This document shows, in pieces, positions 38,465 to 47,396 of a stretch of DNA of 64,000 nt. How positions within the stretch are numbered: position 1 is the first letter of the stretch; every line of letters begins with the position of its first letter. Position numbers and translations under genes: made by a program. The stretch is from Pseudomonadota bacterium (GTDB lineage Bacteria > Babelota > Babeliae > Babelales > CAIQNR01): contig JAIYDZ010000006.1 in the NCBI GenBank assembly GCA_027487215.1, positions 1,829 to 65,828 on the forward strand, given 5' to 3'. The notes below the pieces were generated by a model. That model searched no databases. It saw only the letters and a program-made list of their open reading frames with translations, and was not told the origin of the DNA.

Positions 38465-39037
38465 TTATTTTTGAGTCCAACGTTTAGTGATTTCAGCAAT
38501 TCTTTGGCCAAAAAGACGGGCTGTTTTAATATCTCCCGGTGCTGGAGTTGTAGCAACAGTAGCAGTATCAGACTGCGTTGCAAGCCCTAAAAAAGTTCCT
38601 GTTCTATTAAGATCCTCAGGCGTTGCTCCATGACCTGATTTCGTCTGAGGCGCAAGGATTCCAAGTGAAATCCAAATCATTGAATGCTGTGCAGCAAATA
38701 CTGACAAATACTGCAACGTTGCAAGTTTATCGCCTGCAAGACTTCCAGAATTAGTAAATCCTGCAGCAAGTTTGTCTTTTAAAACCTGGTTAAACCACAA
38801 CGAAGAAGTTGCATCTGCAAAGGCCTTAAAACCTGTACTCGGTCCACCCATATAAGTTGGTGTCCCAAAAACAAATGCATCATACTGGGCTAAGGTATCT
38901 AATTTTTCTGATGCATCTTGCGTCGTTAAAATATCAACAGACACATCTGCAACCTGCTTAATTCCTTGAGCAATTTCCTGTGCAATATGAAAAGTATGTC
39001 CATATCCACTGTGAACAATAAGAGCTATTTTATTCAT
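38465..39037 (-). CDS. wrbA: NAD(P)H:quinone oxidoreductase, WrbA-type flavodoxin-like protein
   Basis: 190 aa. Flavodoxin-like start MNKIALIVHSGYGHT and FGTPTYMGG motif. Confidence 0.7.
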   Translation of the reverse strand: MNKIALIVHSGYGHTFHIAQEIAQGIKQVADVSVDILTTQDASEKLDTLAQYDAFVFGTPTYMGGPSTGFKAFADATSSLWFNQVLKDKLAAGFTNSGSLAGDKLATLQYLSVFAAQHSMIWISLGILAPQTKSGHGATPEDLNRTGTFLGLATQSDTATVATTPAPGDIKTARLFGQRIAEITKRWTQK

Positions 39038-39131
39038 AACAACACATCCTTAATTATTGAAAAACTATTCATTACCTTATATTTTTTGTACATAAGTCAT
39101 ATCACGTAAAAAAAATAAAAAGGAAGCTTTC

Positions 39132-39536
39132 ATGAAACTTTTAACCCTTGCCAAACTTTATACTCTTACTCTTTCTTTACTCTGCTGTATTGATATTCCC
39201 TGGATTTTAGTAATTGCATCTCCCTTTTACCGCTCACAAATAGGTCATCTCATGACTGACAATCCTGTTTGGTGGGCAGGTGTACTTTTTTATTGTCTTT
39301 ACACAGTAGGACTTTTAATGTTTGTCATTATTCCTGCAGTTGAAGTTGAATCAATCTCAAGCGCACTGCTTGCAGGATTTATGTTTGGACTCATTGTCTA
39401 TAGCGCGTATGATTTAACCAATCTTGCAACGCTCAAAAATTGGTCATTGACTATGACTGCCGTTGATATGGCTTGGGGCGCGGTTATGTCTGCAACAGTA
39501 TCAGGACTAACCGTTTTTTTAAGTAAATATATCTAG
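39132..39536 (+). CDS. Small integral membrane protein (DUF2177-like)
   Basis: 134 aa, four predicted TM helices. YSAYDLTNLATLKNW block as I recall it for DUF2177. Confidence 0.45.
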   Translation: MKLLTLAKLYTLTLSLLCCIDIPWILVIASPFYRSQIGHLMTDNPVWWAGVLFYCLYTVGLLMFVIIPAVEVESISSALLAGFMFGLIVYSAYDLTNLATLKNWSLTMTAVDMAWGAVMSATVSGLTVFLSKYI

Positions 39537-39539
39537 AAA

Positions 39540-40103
39540 CTAAAGCGTGTGGCGGGGAAGAGCACAAACATAAGCAGCACTGAGTAAACACAAAGATCCC
39601 ATGATAAAAAACATAGGATTAAATCCACAGTATTTAACCAAAAGACCGCCACACACGGCTCCAAATGAACGAACGAAATAATCCATTGATTCCCATGCAG
39701 CCCATTGGCGTCCTGGTCTTTGACCATCAAGATGCTTTGCATATAACAGATCAAATGCCGGGGCATAAATTGCTTCACCAAACCCAATCACCACTTGCAC
39801 TAATAAAAGCCACCACATTGAAGTAACAAACATATACCCAAAAAAACCGATTGCCATCAGCACATATCCCACTGCCATAACAAGAGCAGGATTTGCAACT
39901 CGGTCCGCATAGCGACCAGACATAATGGATACAAAACCAGCGACACATGAAAAAACTGCAAGCGATAAACTTGCGGCCATCAAATCTGCACCTACATTTT
40001 CAATAAAGAGTGCGTAAATAGGACCCAGCATAGCTGCTGATAAAAGAACTAACCCATTGGTAATAAGTAAAATACGAATACGATAATTTAAACGACATAA
40101 CAT
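39540..40103 (-). CDS. Half-size MFS transporter (six TM segments only), possibly truncated
   Basis: 187 aa. MFS loop 2-3 signature SGRYADRV. About half the length of a normal 12-TM MFS. Ends 3 nt from the convergent neighbour. Confidence 0.5.
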   Translation of the reverse strand: MLCRLNYRIRILLITNGLVLLSAAMLGPIYALFIENVGADLMAASLSLAVFSCVAGFVSIMSGRYADRVANPALVMAVGYVLMAIGFFGYMFVTSMWWLLLVQVVIGFGEAIYAPAFDLLYAKHLDGQRPGRQWAAWESMDYFVRSFGAVCGGLLVKYCGFNPMFFIMGSLCLLSAAYVCALPRHTL

Positions 40104-40272
40104 GATTGAATAGCCCCTCCTTTGTGTTTGTCAGAGACAGACGCATTACAAGCGCACACACAATTATCAGAGTACCCAACTGATTTAAGATTTTACAAGA
40201 TCGTATTTTTTATTATGCAATTGTTGCAAATAGAGTTTCAATAAAAAATTTATTATTCAAAGTTATTTTTCC

Positions 40273-40740
40273 TATTATTCCGTTAATCCATTAATTGTAA
40301 TAGTGGGGAGCGTTCCCACGCAGGGCAAAAGGGGTTTCTGGTCAAACCCCTCTTAACTCCCGGACCTTTTAATACGACGCGACGAGATGCTGAAAGAACA
40401 GCTAATGCTGTTTTGTCGCCTGCATTTCGCGCTTATGTGGACTTTTTGTACATGATCCGCTTTTACCAATTGAGGTGATTTTTGCTTATGTCCGTAGCCC
40501 CTGGAAGACCTATCGACTTTTACTTTATAAATGAAAATTTGGCTGTGAGTTGAAAATAATTTGGTAAAGTACCTCATCAGCGCGCAATGCCAACGATAAA
40601 ATTGCAAAACAATTCTTTCAGCATCGTGTCGCGTGCATTTAAAAAGACCTGGGGGTAGAGGGGGGTTAGGGATAGAATCCCCCTCTTGCTGCCTGCAAAA
40701 GGCCCTACCAAATGGAATTGGTAAAAATAACGGAATAACA
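40273..40740. repeat. Large imperfect inverted repeat (about 470-bp palindrome) in a 1.07-kb non-coding gap
   Basis: Arms pair around a centre near 40505. Perfect blocks are 40275-40285/40728-40738 (TTATTCCGTTA/TAACGGAATAA) and 40386-40398/40613-40625 (GATGCTGAAAGAA/TTCTTTCAGCATC). Each arm also carries its own G/C hairpin (40331-40350 and 40658-40685). Confidence 0.8.
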
Positions 40741-41179
40741 ATACCAGCAACTTAGATATAAAAAAATATAATTTTGAGAATAAACATAGAAAGACATGTT
40801 AAGTTTAAGCTTATTTATGATAGTTTACCTTATTTTAAATTCATCATCCACAACAACTGCACCTGATTAAGGTTAAGCCTATTTTCGCTTAAAACTCCCA
40901 ATCAATCGAGCTTAAAAGAGATCTGGCTGTTTCTTTTTGTAAAAAACGTGTATACTAGAACTATCTTATATACTTTCTGTCAACGCCCCTCTTTAATAAA
41001 TAGAGCGCATATTGTTGGTCCGAAAGTGGATAATAGAGGGTGCCGTGACTGTCCGTGACTGTCTAACAAAACATAATTCCGTCAAGGATGTGGGACTCTC
41101 CAAAGCTGCTTTGTGTGGAACAAAGTAGAATTTAAATAAACTTTGCAGAGCTTGTCAGCTTTGCCATCCGAGGAAATAT

Positions 41180-42973
41180 ATGTCAACCAAACCAGATTCT
41201 ATTGTTATAGAAAATTTCTCTTCTTTTGGTTTACCTCAGCCAGTTGTGGACGCTTTAGAACGTCTAGAATTTAAATCACCAACTCCTATTCAAGCACAAG
41301 TTATTCCGCATGCACTTGCAGGCAAGGATATTCTTGGTTCAGCTCAAACAGGAACAGGTAAAACTGCAGCTTTTGGTATTCCTCTAATTTCTCACTTGAT
41401 TCAAACAGAATCAGGCGATGCACTTATCATCACTCCTACTCGTGAACTTGCAGTCCAAGTTCTTGCAATGATTGAAAAACTAATCGATAGAAAACACCAA
41501 AATGCAATTAAAACTGCACTCCTTATTGGTGGTGAACCTATTTTCAAACAGTTACATCAGCTTCGCAGAAATCCACGTTTACTCGTTGGTACACCAGGTC
41601 GTATCACTGATCACGTAATGCGTGGCAGCGTTTCACTTGAAAACGTACGTTACCTAGTACTTGATGAAACAGATCGTATGCTTGATATGGGATTTGCTCC
41701 ACAGATTGAACAAATTGCACAATACATTCCAAAAGAACGTCAAACATTATTGTTCTCTGCAACTTTGCCAAAGAACATTGTAAAACTTTCAGAAAATTAC
41801 TTGAACGAACCTGTTCGTGTTTCAATCGGTGCAACAACTGCTACCGCAACAAACATTAAACAAGAAGTTGTTTACACTACAGAATTAGAAAAACACGACC
41901 AATTGACAAGCCAGCTTGATCAACGTGAAGGTTCAATCATTATTTTTGTGAAAACAAAAATTGGTGCAAAGAAAATGGCACTTCGCCTTCGTAAAGAACA
42001 TCACAGTGCTGATGCAATTCACGGCGATTTGAACCATAGCAAACGTGAACGTGCAATTAGCGCATTCCGTGATTCAAAATATCGTATCATGGTTGCAACC
42101 GACGTTGCTGCTCGTGGTCTTGATATTTCTCACGTAAAACACGTTATCAACTATGACCTTCCACAATGCCCAGAAGATTACATACACCGTATTGGTAGAA
42201 CAGCACGTGCAGGAGCTGAAGGTTCAGCATTGTGTTTTGTAACTCCAGGCGACAAACGTAAATGGTACGCAATTAACGCGCTTATCAATCCTGATCAAAA
42301 ACAGGAAAGATTTGATCACCCTCGTGGTGGATCATCACGCGATGGCGGCGGACGTTCATTTGGTGGACGACGTTCATCAAACGGCGGCGGCAGCAGATTT
42401 GGTGGCGGTCGCTCAGGTGAAAGAAGTTTTTCACGCGATGGCGGCGATAGAGATTCACGCGGTGGCGGCAGCAGATTTGGCGGCCGTAGCTCATCATCAG
42501 GTGAAAGAAGTTTCTCACGTGATAGCGATAGAGACTCACGCGGTGGTTCAGAAGACCGTGGTGGCTTTAGAGGCACACGCGATTCTTCATCATCACGCGG
42601 AGAGTTTTCTCCAAGAGACCGTGATTCAAGAGATTCATCATCACGCGGTGGCGATTTTAGAGACACAAGAGGCTCATCATCAGGTGAATTTAGAAGATCA
42701 GATGATCGCGGCGACCGTGGCTTTAGAAGTGAAAAACCTGCAGGAGAAAGAAGTTTTTCTGGCGACAGAGATAGAAACTTTTCTAGCAGCAGAAGTTCAT
42801 CAAGCGACAGAGGTAGCTTTAGAGGTACCGATTCTCGCGAAAACAAAAGCCGTGATAACACCGGTGGTGGATTTGAAAAAAAACCATTCCAATTTAACAA
42901 ACACAAGAAACGTCGCAACTCTGAAGGTGGCCGCACAGGCGGATTTACTTCATCAAGAAGAGACTCTCGCTAA
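41180..42973 (+). CDS. DEAD-box ATP-dependent RNA helicase with long RS/RGG-rich C-terminal tail
   Basis: Q motif FKSPTPIQ. Motif I AQTGTGKT. Motif II is DETD (41663-41674). SAT. Motif VI HRIGRTARAG. From about residue 375, GGSSRDGGGRSFGGRR... low complexity. Confidence 0.9.
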   Translation: MSTKPDSIVIENFSSFGLPQPVVDALERLEFKSPTPIQAQVIPHALAGKDILGSAQTGTGKTAAFGIPLISHLIQTESGDALIITPTRELAVQVLAMIEKLIDRKHQNAIKTALLIGGEPIFKQLHQLRRNPRLLVGTPGRITDHVMRGSVSLENVRYLVLDETDRMLDMGFAPQIEQIAQYIPKERQTLLFSATLPKNIVKLSENYLNEPVRVSIGATTATATNIKQEVVYTTELEKHDQLTSQLDQREGSIIIFVKTKIGAKKMALRLRKEHHSADAIHGDLNHSKRERAISAFRDSKYRIMVATDVAARGLDISHVKHVINYDLPQCPEDYIHRIGRTARAGAEGSALCFVTPGDKRKWYAINALINPDQKQERFDHPRGGSSRDGGGRSFGGRRSSNGGGSRFGGGRSGERSFSRDGGDRDSRGGGSRFGGRSSSSGERSFSRDSDRDSRGGSEDRGGFRGTRDSSSSRGEFSPRDRDSRDSSSRGGDFRDTRGSSSGEFRRSDDRGDRGFRSEKPAGERSFSGDRDRNFSSSRSSSSDRGSFRGTDSRENKSRDNTGGGFEKKPFQFNKHKKRRNSEGGRTGGFTSSRRDSR

Positions 42974-43001
42974 GTTAGCTTAGTTGCTAAATTAAAGATT
43001 A

Positions 43002-43037
43002 AGAGCATGAAGTTTTATACTCCATGCTCTTTTTTTT
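43002..43037 (+). terminator. Rho-independent terminator after the helicase gene
   Basis: AGAGCATG ... CATGCTCT stem followed by T8. Confidence 0.65.
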
Positions 43038-43072
43038 GAGTCATTATCTAAAATAATTTAATCAGATTTTTA

Positions 43073-43633
43073 TTATAAAAAAGATGCGCACTGTTTCTCA
43101 TGATTCAAAAGCCACTGCTTTCGGTGTAGTCCACCGGCATATCCACCAAGCAGTCCAGAAATCTGAATTACACGGTGACAGGGAATAATGAGAGTAATTC
43201 TATTTGCTCCATTTGCGTTAGCAACAGCACGAAACGCACTCGGTCTTTTTAGTAAAAGAGCCTGCTGTTGATAGGAAATGGTTGTACCGTAAGCAATTGT
43301 AATCAATAACTTCCAGACTTCATTCTGAAAAACGGTACCTGTAGTAATTAATGGCACCGTAAATGTGCTAAGTGTTCCTGCAAAATACTGGGTAAGTTCA
43401 TTTTCTACCTCAGAGAGTATTTTATTTTTCTCTGTAATGGCCAAAGACTCTGGCTCATTTAAAAAGGTAGTAAATTGAGTATGATTTTTAAGTTCGTCTT
43501 TAAACTGCAAAAAATGTAATGCCTGATCATCAGCAATCGCATGAAGCACGCCTAGAGGTGTTTCAAAATCATAAACATACAAAAAAGAAGCCGGACGTGC
43601 CGGCATATCTTTTAAAATCTGTTTTAACAACAC
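43073..43633 (-). CDS. ogt: Methylated-DNA-protein-cysteine methyltransferase
   Basis: Active-site motif IIPCHRVI. Helix-turn-wing block YGTTISYQQQA. Confidence 0.85.
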   Translation of the reverse strand: MLLKQILKDMPARPASFLYVYDFETPLGVLHAIADDQALHFLQFKDELKNHTQFTTFLNEPESLAITEKNKILSEVENELTQYFAGTLSTFTVPLITTGTVFQNEVWKLLITIAYGTTISYQQQALLLKRPSAFRAVANANGANRITLIIPCHRVIQISGLLGGYAGGLHRKQWLLNHEKQCASFL

Positions 43634-43875
43634 GATCGGCTTTTGCCAGGCTCCATGGGAGCACCTATAAATTCAAAGCGAGGAACTCTGTGGCCCTCAA
43701 GCTCAGTGTCTTCAAGAAACATACTCAAGGGACGAACCCACAGTTCATAATCACCATAAAGCGCACGATATACTACCATGTCATCAAGCGTTTCACTGTG
43801 TCGCGCAGTACCAATTACTTCGTAATACTGGCCCTTGTAGTGTCGATACGCCCCAAGCTTTATTGCAGGTTTCAT
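43624..43875 (-). CDS. DUF1653-family small protein
   Basis: 83 aa. YRHYKGQYYEVIGTARHSETLDDMVVYRALY is the pattern I associate with DUF1653. Overlaps the ogt start by 10 nt. Confidence 0.55.
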   Translation of the reverse strand: MKPAIKLGAYRHYKGQYYEVIGTARHSETLDDMVVYRALYGDYELWVRPLSMFLEDTELEGHRVPRFEFIGAPMEPGKSRSCC

Positions 43876-44080
43876 AGTATCCCCTTGGTAAAAATATATT
43901 TAAATAGTAGTGTACATAAACGCTCAATGGTTGCAACTGATAGAGAGATTGAATAAGTAACTCTTCACATCTTTTTTATAATAAGCTTATTTTTAATCAC
44001 TTTTATAAAAATAATTAATTTTATTTTTATAAAAGGTACTCTAAAAAGATGATAACTCTCACTAACGAATTTAAATAATA

Positions 44081-44608
44081 ATGACAAAGAATCCTTCTCA
44101 TCTTTTTTCTGAACTTATTTCAGCTCTTGAAAATCTTTATAAACCTGCTGGAATAACAGTTACTGCTCAGCCTTTACGGGAAACTGAAAGTGTAGAGTAT
44201 GAAGCGTGTCGCTTAAGTTTTGATGGTAAAATTGTTTTGTTTAGAAAAGCTAAAATAACACCAAAAAAAATAGGTCAATTTGTAACACTCTGGAAACGCA
44301 CTACCAAAAAAAGTGAGATTGCCCCTTTTGATGAAACAGATGAAATTGAATGGGTTATCATAAGGGTCTCAGAAAAAACTCATAACGGACATTTTCTATT
44401 TAATCAAAAAATACTCTTAGAAAAAGATATCTTTTCAGCTAATGGCACCGGTGGAAAACGAGCTTTAAGAGTCTATCCTCCTTGGAATCCTCCTACATCT
44501 GCCCAAGCTCTTAAGACACAAAAATGGCAACTTCAGTATTTTTTTAGCCTCAATGACAATCCGCTCAGTATTATAAAACAGATTAAAAAACTCTTAAAAA
44601 CAGAGTGA
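44081..44608 (+). CDS. MepB-like protein
   Basis: 175 aa. Blocks KITPKKIGQFVTLWKR, RVYPPWNPPTSAQALKTQKWQLQYF resemble my recollection of the MepB family. Not verified. Confidence 0.45.
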   Translation: MTKNPSHLFSELISALENLYKPAGITVTAQPLRETESVEYEACRLSFDGKIVLFRKAKITPKKIGQFVTLWKRTTKKSEIAPFDETDEIEWVIIRVSEKTHNGHFLFNQKILLEKDIFSANGTGGKRALRVYPPWNPPTSAQALKTQKWQLQYFFSLNDNPLSIIKQIKKLLKTE

Positions 44609-44721
44609 TGGGCCCGCAAAACAACATCATTTGCCTCTCTTAATTAAAAAGAGACTCGCTAGAAACTCGTATCATTACAACATTTATAGTATGATAATAT
44701 TCGATACTATAAAGGGTTTTT

Positions 44722-45531
44722 ATGGTCTTTAAAGTCTTAGAAGAGCTTGCTCACAATTACAATCTTACTCGTCTTATACCACTTTCTGCAACTGGAGCCA
44801 ATCAGCTTTACTCTGGTATGCAATCAACTCAACCAATTGTACTTAAAGTGTCAGAAGAGCAAGAAACACTTGCACGGGAAGCTGCAGCACTTAAAGCTTT
44901 CAGTGGTTATGGAGTAGTTAAACTCTTAGCTTATCAAAAAGGAGTGCTCTTACTTGAACGCGCTGTTCCTGGAACATTACTTGAATCATATTTTCCAGAA
45001 AAAGATACAGATGCTCTTGCCGTTGCTTGCACTCTCATAAAACATCTTCATCAAGCACCTATCACACACAATCATGAGTTTCCAGATCTTAAGCAATGGC
45101 TTATTCCTCTTGACCAACAATGGGATATTCCACAAAATTATTTAAACAAAGCCAGAGATTTACGCGATCAACTACTTGCAACCAGTGCGGCGCCAGTTTT
45201 ACTGCATGGTGACCTTCACCATGATAATATCGTACAACATGGCACCAGTTGGATTGTCATTGATCCTAAAGGTCTTATTGGTGAGCCCGCCTATGAAGTT
45301 GCAGCCTTTATACGCAATCCCTTACCGGAACTGCTTGCACTTGACCAAGCAGTTCAAATTATACATGACCGTATTACTCAATGTGCCCACCTTCTTGAAG
45401 TGCCACGGCAAAGAATTGTGGACTGGTGTTTTGTTCAATCTGTTCTTGCCTGGACATGGGCCTTACAAGATAAATGGGATGTTGAACATTTTAAACACTT
45501 AACTGCTATTTTTAATAAGATGGATGAGTAA
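44722..45531 (+). CDS. Aminoglycoside/streptomycin 6-phosphotransferase-like kinase (APH(6)/StrA-StrB type)
   Basis: 269 aa. Catalytic loop LLHGDLHHDNIV. Mg site WIVIDPKGLIGEPAYEVA. Confidence 0.7.
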   Translation: MVFKVLEELAHNYNLTRLIPLSATGANQLYSGMQSTQPIVLKVSEEQETLAREAAALKAFSGYGVVKLLAYQKGVLLLERAVPGTLLESYFPEKDTDALAVACTLIKHLHQAPITHNHEFPDLKQWLIPLDQQWDIPQNYLNKARDLRDQLLATSAAPVLLHGDLHHDNIVQHGTSWIVIDPKGLIGEPAYEVAAFIRNPLPELLALDQAVQIIHDRITQCAHLLEVPRQRIVDWCFVQSVLAWTWALQDKWDVEHFKHLTAIFNKMDE

Positions 45532-46094
45532 TGACAAAAATTATATTTGTTCCTGGAAATGGAAACTGCACAACACACGATAATTGGTTCCCAACTGTTA
45601 AAGCCGCGTTAGAAAAAGAAGGGCTTGAAGTTATTGCAGCCGATTTTCCCGATGGCATGTTAGCGCGAGAATCGTATTGGATTCCCTTTTTACGGGACGA
45701 ACTTAAAGCAGACGGCCAAACTATTTTTGTAGGTCATTCCAGTGGCGCTATTGCGGCACTACGATTTGCAGAGCAGTATCCCTTGTTAGGATCGGTACTG
45801 GTTGGCGCGTATCACACTGATTTAGGAATAGAAACAGAAAAAATAGCAGGGTATTTCTCACGCCCGTGGGACTGGCAAAAGATACGTGATAATCAACAGT
45901 TTATAACCATTTTTGCTTCGCAAGACGATCCATGGATACCCATTAAAGAACCACGATTTCTTCATACACAGTTAAAGTGTGAATATCATGAATACAAAAA
46001 CAAAGGTCACTTTGGTGGTGATTACTTTAAACCAGAGTTTCCAGAACTGATAGCTTCTATTTTGGATAATTTAAAAAAATTAAATAATTCATAA
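45531..46094 (+). CDS. Serine hydrolase of the YdeN/RBBP9 alpha/beta family
   Basis: 187 aa. IIFVPGNG start. Nucleophile elbow VGHSSGA. C-terminal GHF. Start overlaps the APH stop (TAATG). Confidence 0.55.
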   Translation: MTKIIFVPGNGNCTTHDNWFPTVKAALEKEGLEVIAADFPDGMLARESYWIPFLRDELKADGQTIFVGHSSGAIAALRFAEQYPLLGSVLVGAYHTDLGIETEKIAGYFSRPWDWQKIRDNQQFITIFASQDDPWIPIKEPRFLHTQLKCEYHEYKNKGHFGGDYFKPEFPELIASILDNLKKLNNS

Positions 46095-46172
46095 AAAAAG
46101 CCACTCAGATTTTACCCTGAAAATGGCTTTTTATCTTAACAATCTATGATGCTGTATTATCTAAAAACTTAA

Positions 46173-47396
46173 TTAATTCTTAACATTATTTTCTGAATAA
46201 CGCTTCACTTCAAAAATCAGCCGTGCTATTTCATCAAGAAAAATCGCAACTTTTTGTTCTTTTTTTGCTGCAGGCCCAACTGTTTCAAAAGTGTATTCTT
46301 TAGGAGCAATCATTCGAATTACAAAGTCTTGACGATTAATATGGGGAGCATTGCTCACAGCTAAATAAGTACCATGAGCTGGCTGAGTTTTGAGCCACGC
46401 GTCTATAGTATCATTTGTATTAGGACGAATTGTTTTTCCCGTTTTTTGATCTTTTTTAAGTGGTGCATTAATGAAATGAACTTGGACCTCTCTACGCATG
46501 TCCTCGGGAATTTCAAAGTTTTCCCAAACAAATTCAGTCATCTGACTTTCAGTTTCTGGAAACTTTAAAGATCCCAGTAAAGACTCTTTTCTCATTTTTA
46601 ATAATGATTTACTATCATCTCTAAAGACTTCTGGATTTTCGTACTGTACCTCTAAAGGTCGTTCACCGCTTAAAAAATAAATGCGAGAAAATCTGACCCC
46701 TTGCTGCCACTGTTCAACCAAATAATACAATCGAAGACATACTGTAGAAAAGAGAGCTCCGTGTACCAACGCTCCTTGATAATGTTTAAAATGTGGCAAA
46801 GCAGGATCAACAAATCCCAATTTCTTTAAACCGGGTAATATTTCAGATTTTAACCCTTCAAACTTACTCACTTGCTCATCCCATCTTTCACCTTTTCTCA
46901 AAAGATTTCCCTGAGCCCAATTATTAATTTGTATAAGAGCATTTTCTGATTTGTTTAATGGTTCCATACCAGCAGCTTTAAGAAGAGCCAACAATTCATT
47001 TCTCGGTTGAAACTCTTTATCAAATAGAAGTTTTGATGAGCCAAAAATGGCAAATTGCTCTTCCATACGCGTAACAGTTTTTGAAAACTCTTCAGAATGT
47101 TGTAACAAATTTTTGTCTACCAAATAATCATAACCAGCTCGAGATGCTTCTAATGCCTTTGCATAATCACCAGATTGCTCGTACTCTTGAATTGTATTTT
47201 GAATGCCTTTAAGAGAAATTGATATTTCTTGGTCAACCTCACAGCCATGCAAAATAACCACCCCTATAAGACTTGTGACAAAAAATCCTACAAGCAAAAA
47301 TCGCTTAGAAAAAATAATAGACTGTAACTTATTTATATAACTCATAGCATGACCCACAGTTTTGAAATTGATTATTCTAATAAAGAGATTATACAA
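46173..47396 (-). CDS. Membrane-anchored/lipoprotein-like protein with possible DUF218 (YdcF/ElyC-like) C-terminal domain
   Basis: 407 aa, with an alternative start at ATG 47345. TM/lipobox-like VVILHGC. C-terminal blocks ETESQM, PNTNDTIDAW and LAVSNAPHINRQ loosely match DUF218 motifs. Confidence 0.4.
   Translation of the reverse strand: MYNLFIRIINFKTVGHAMSYINKLQSIIFSKRFLLVGFFVTSLIGVVILHGCEVDQEISISLKGIQNTIQEYEQSGDYAKALEASRAGYDYLVDKNLLQHSEEFSKTVTRMEEQFAIFGSSKLLFDKEFQPRNELLALLKAAGMEPLNKSENALIQINNWAQGNLLRKGERWDEQVSKFEGLKSEILPGLKKLGFVDPALPHFKHYQGALVHGALFSTVCLRLYYLVEQWQQGVRFSRIYFLSGERPLEVQYENPEVFRDDSKSLLKMRKESLLGSLKFPETESQMTEFVWENFEIPEDMRREVQVHFINAPLKKDQKTGKTIRPNTNDTIDAWLKTQPAHGTYLAVSNAPHINRQDFVIRMIAPKEYTFETVGPAAKKEQKVAIFLDEIARLIFEVKRYSENNVKN

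Noticed and set aside
40353-40607. 84-aa minus-strand ORF inside the palindromic region
   Set aside because: It has no SD and an odd basic, Cys/Ser-rich composition. It spans the centre of the inverted repeat, so its length is a by-product of the higher-GC palindrome. I treat the region as non-coding.
40273-40740. RNase P RNA or tmRNA as an explanation for the structured GC-rich block
   Set aside because: Minus-strand AAAAGGTCCGGGAG loosely recalls the P4 GGAAAGUCCGGGC block. GGGGGTTAGGGATAGAATCCCCC loosely recalls a T arm. However, the second arm mirrors the first, the other conserved RNase P blocks are absent, and I found no tRNA-like acceptor/CCA end or tag-peptide ORF.
40931-40956. TTGTAA ... 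TATACT as a promoter for the helicase gene
   Set aside because: The spacer between the two hexamers is only about 8 nt, which is incompatible with a sigma-70 promoter.
42312-42983. 223-aa plus-strand and 206-aa minus-strand ORFs overlapping the helicase tail
   Set aside because: They are shadow ORFs generated by the GGN/AGN/CGN low-complexity repeats. The helicase frame is continuous with the conserved core and ends at a strong terminator.
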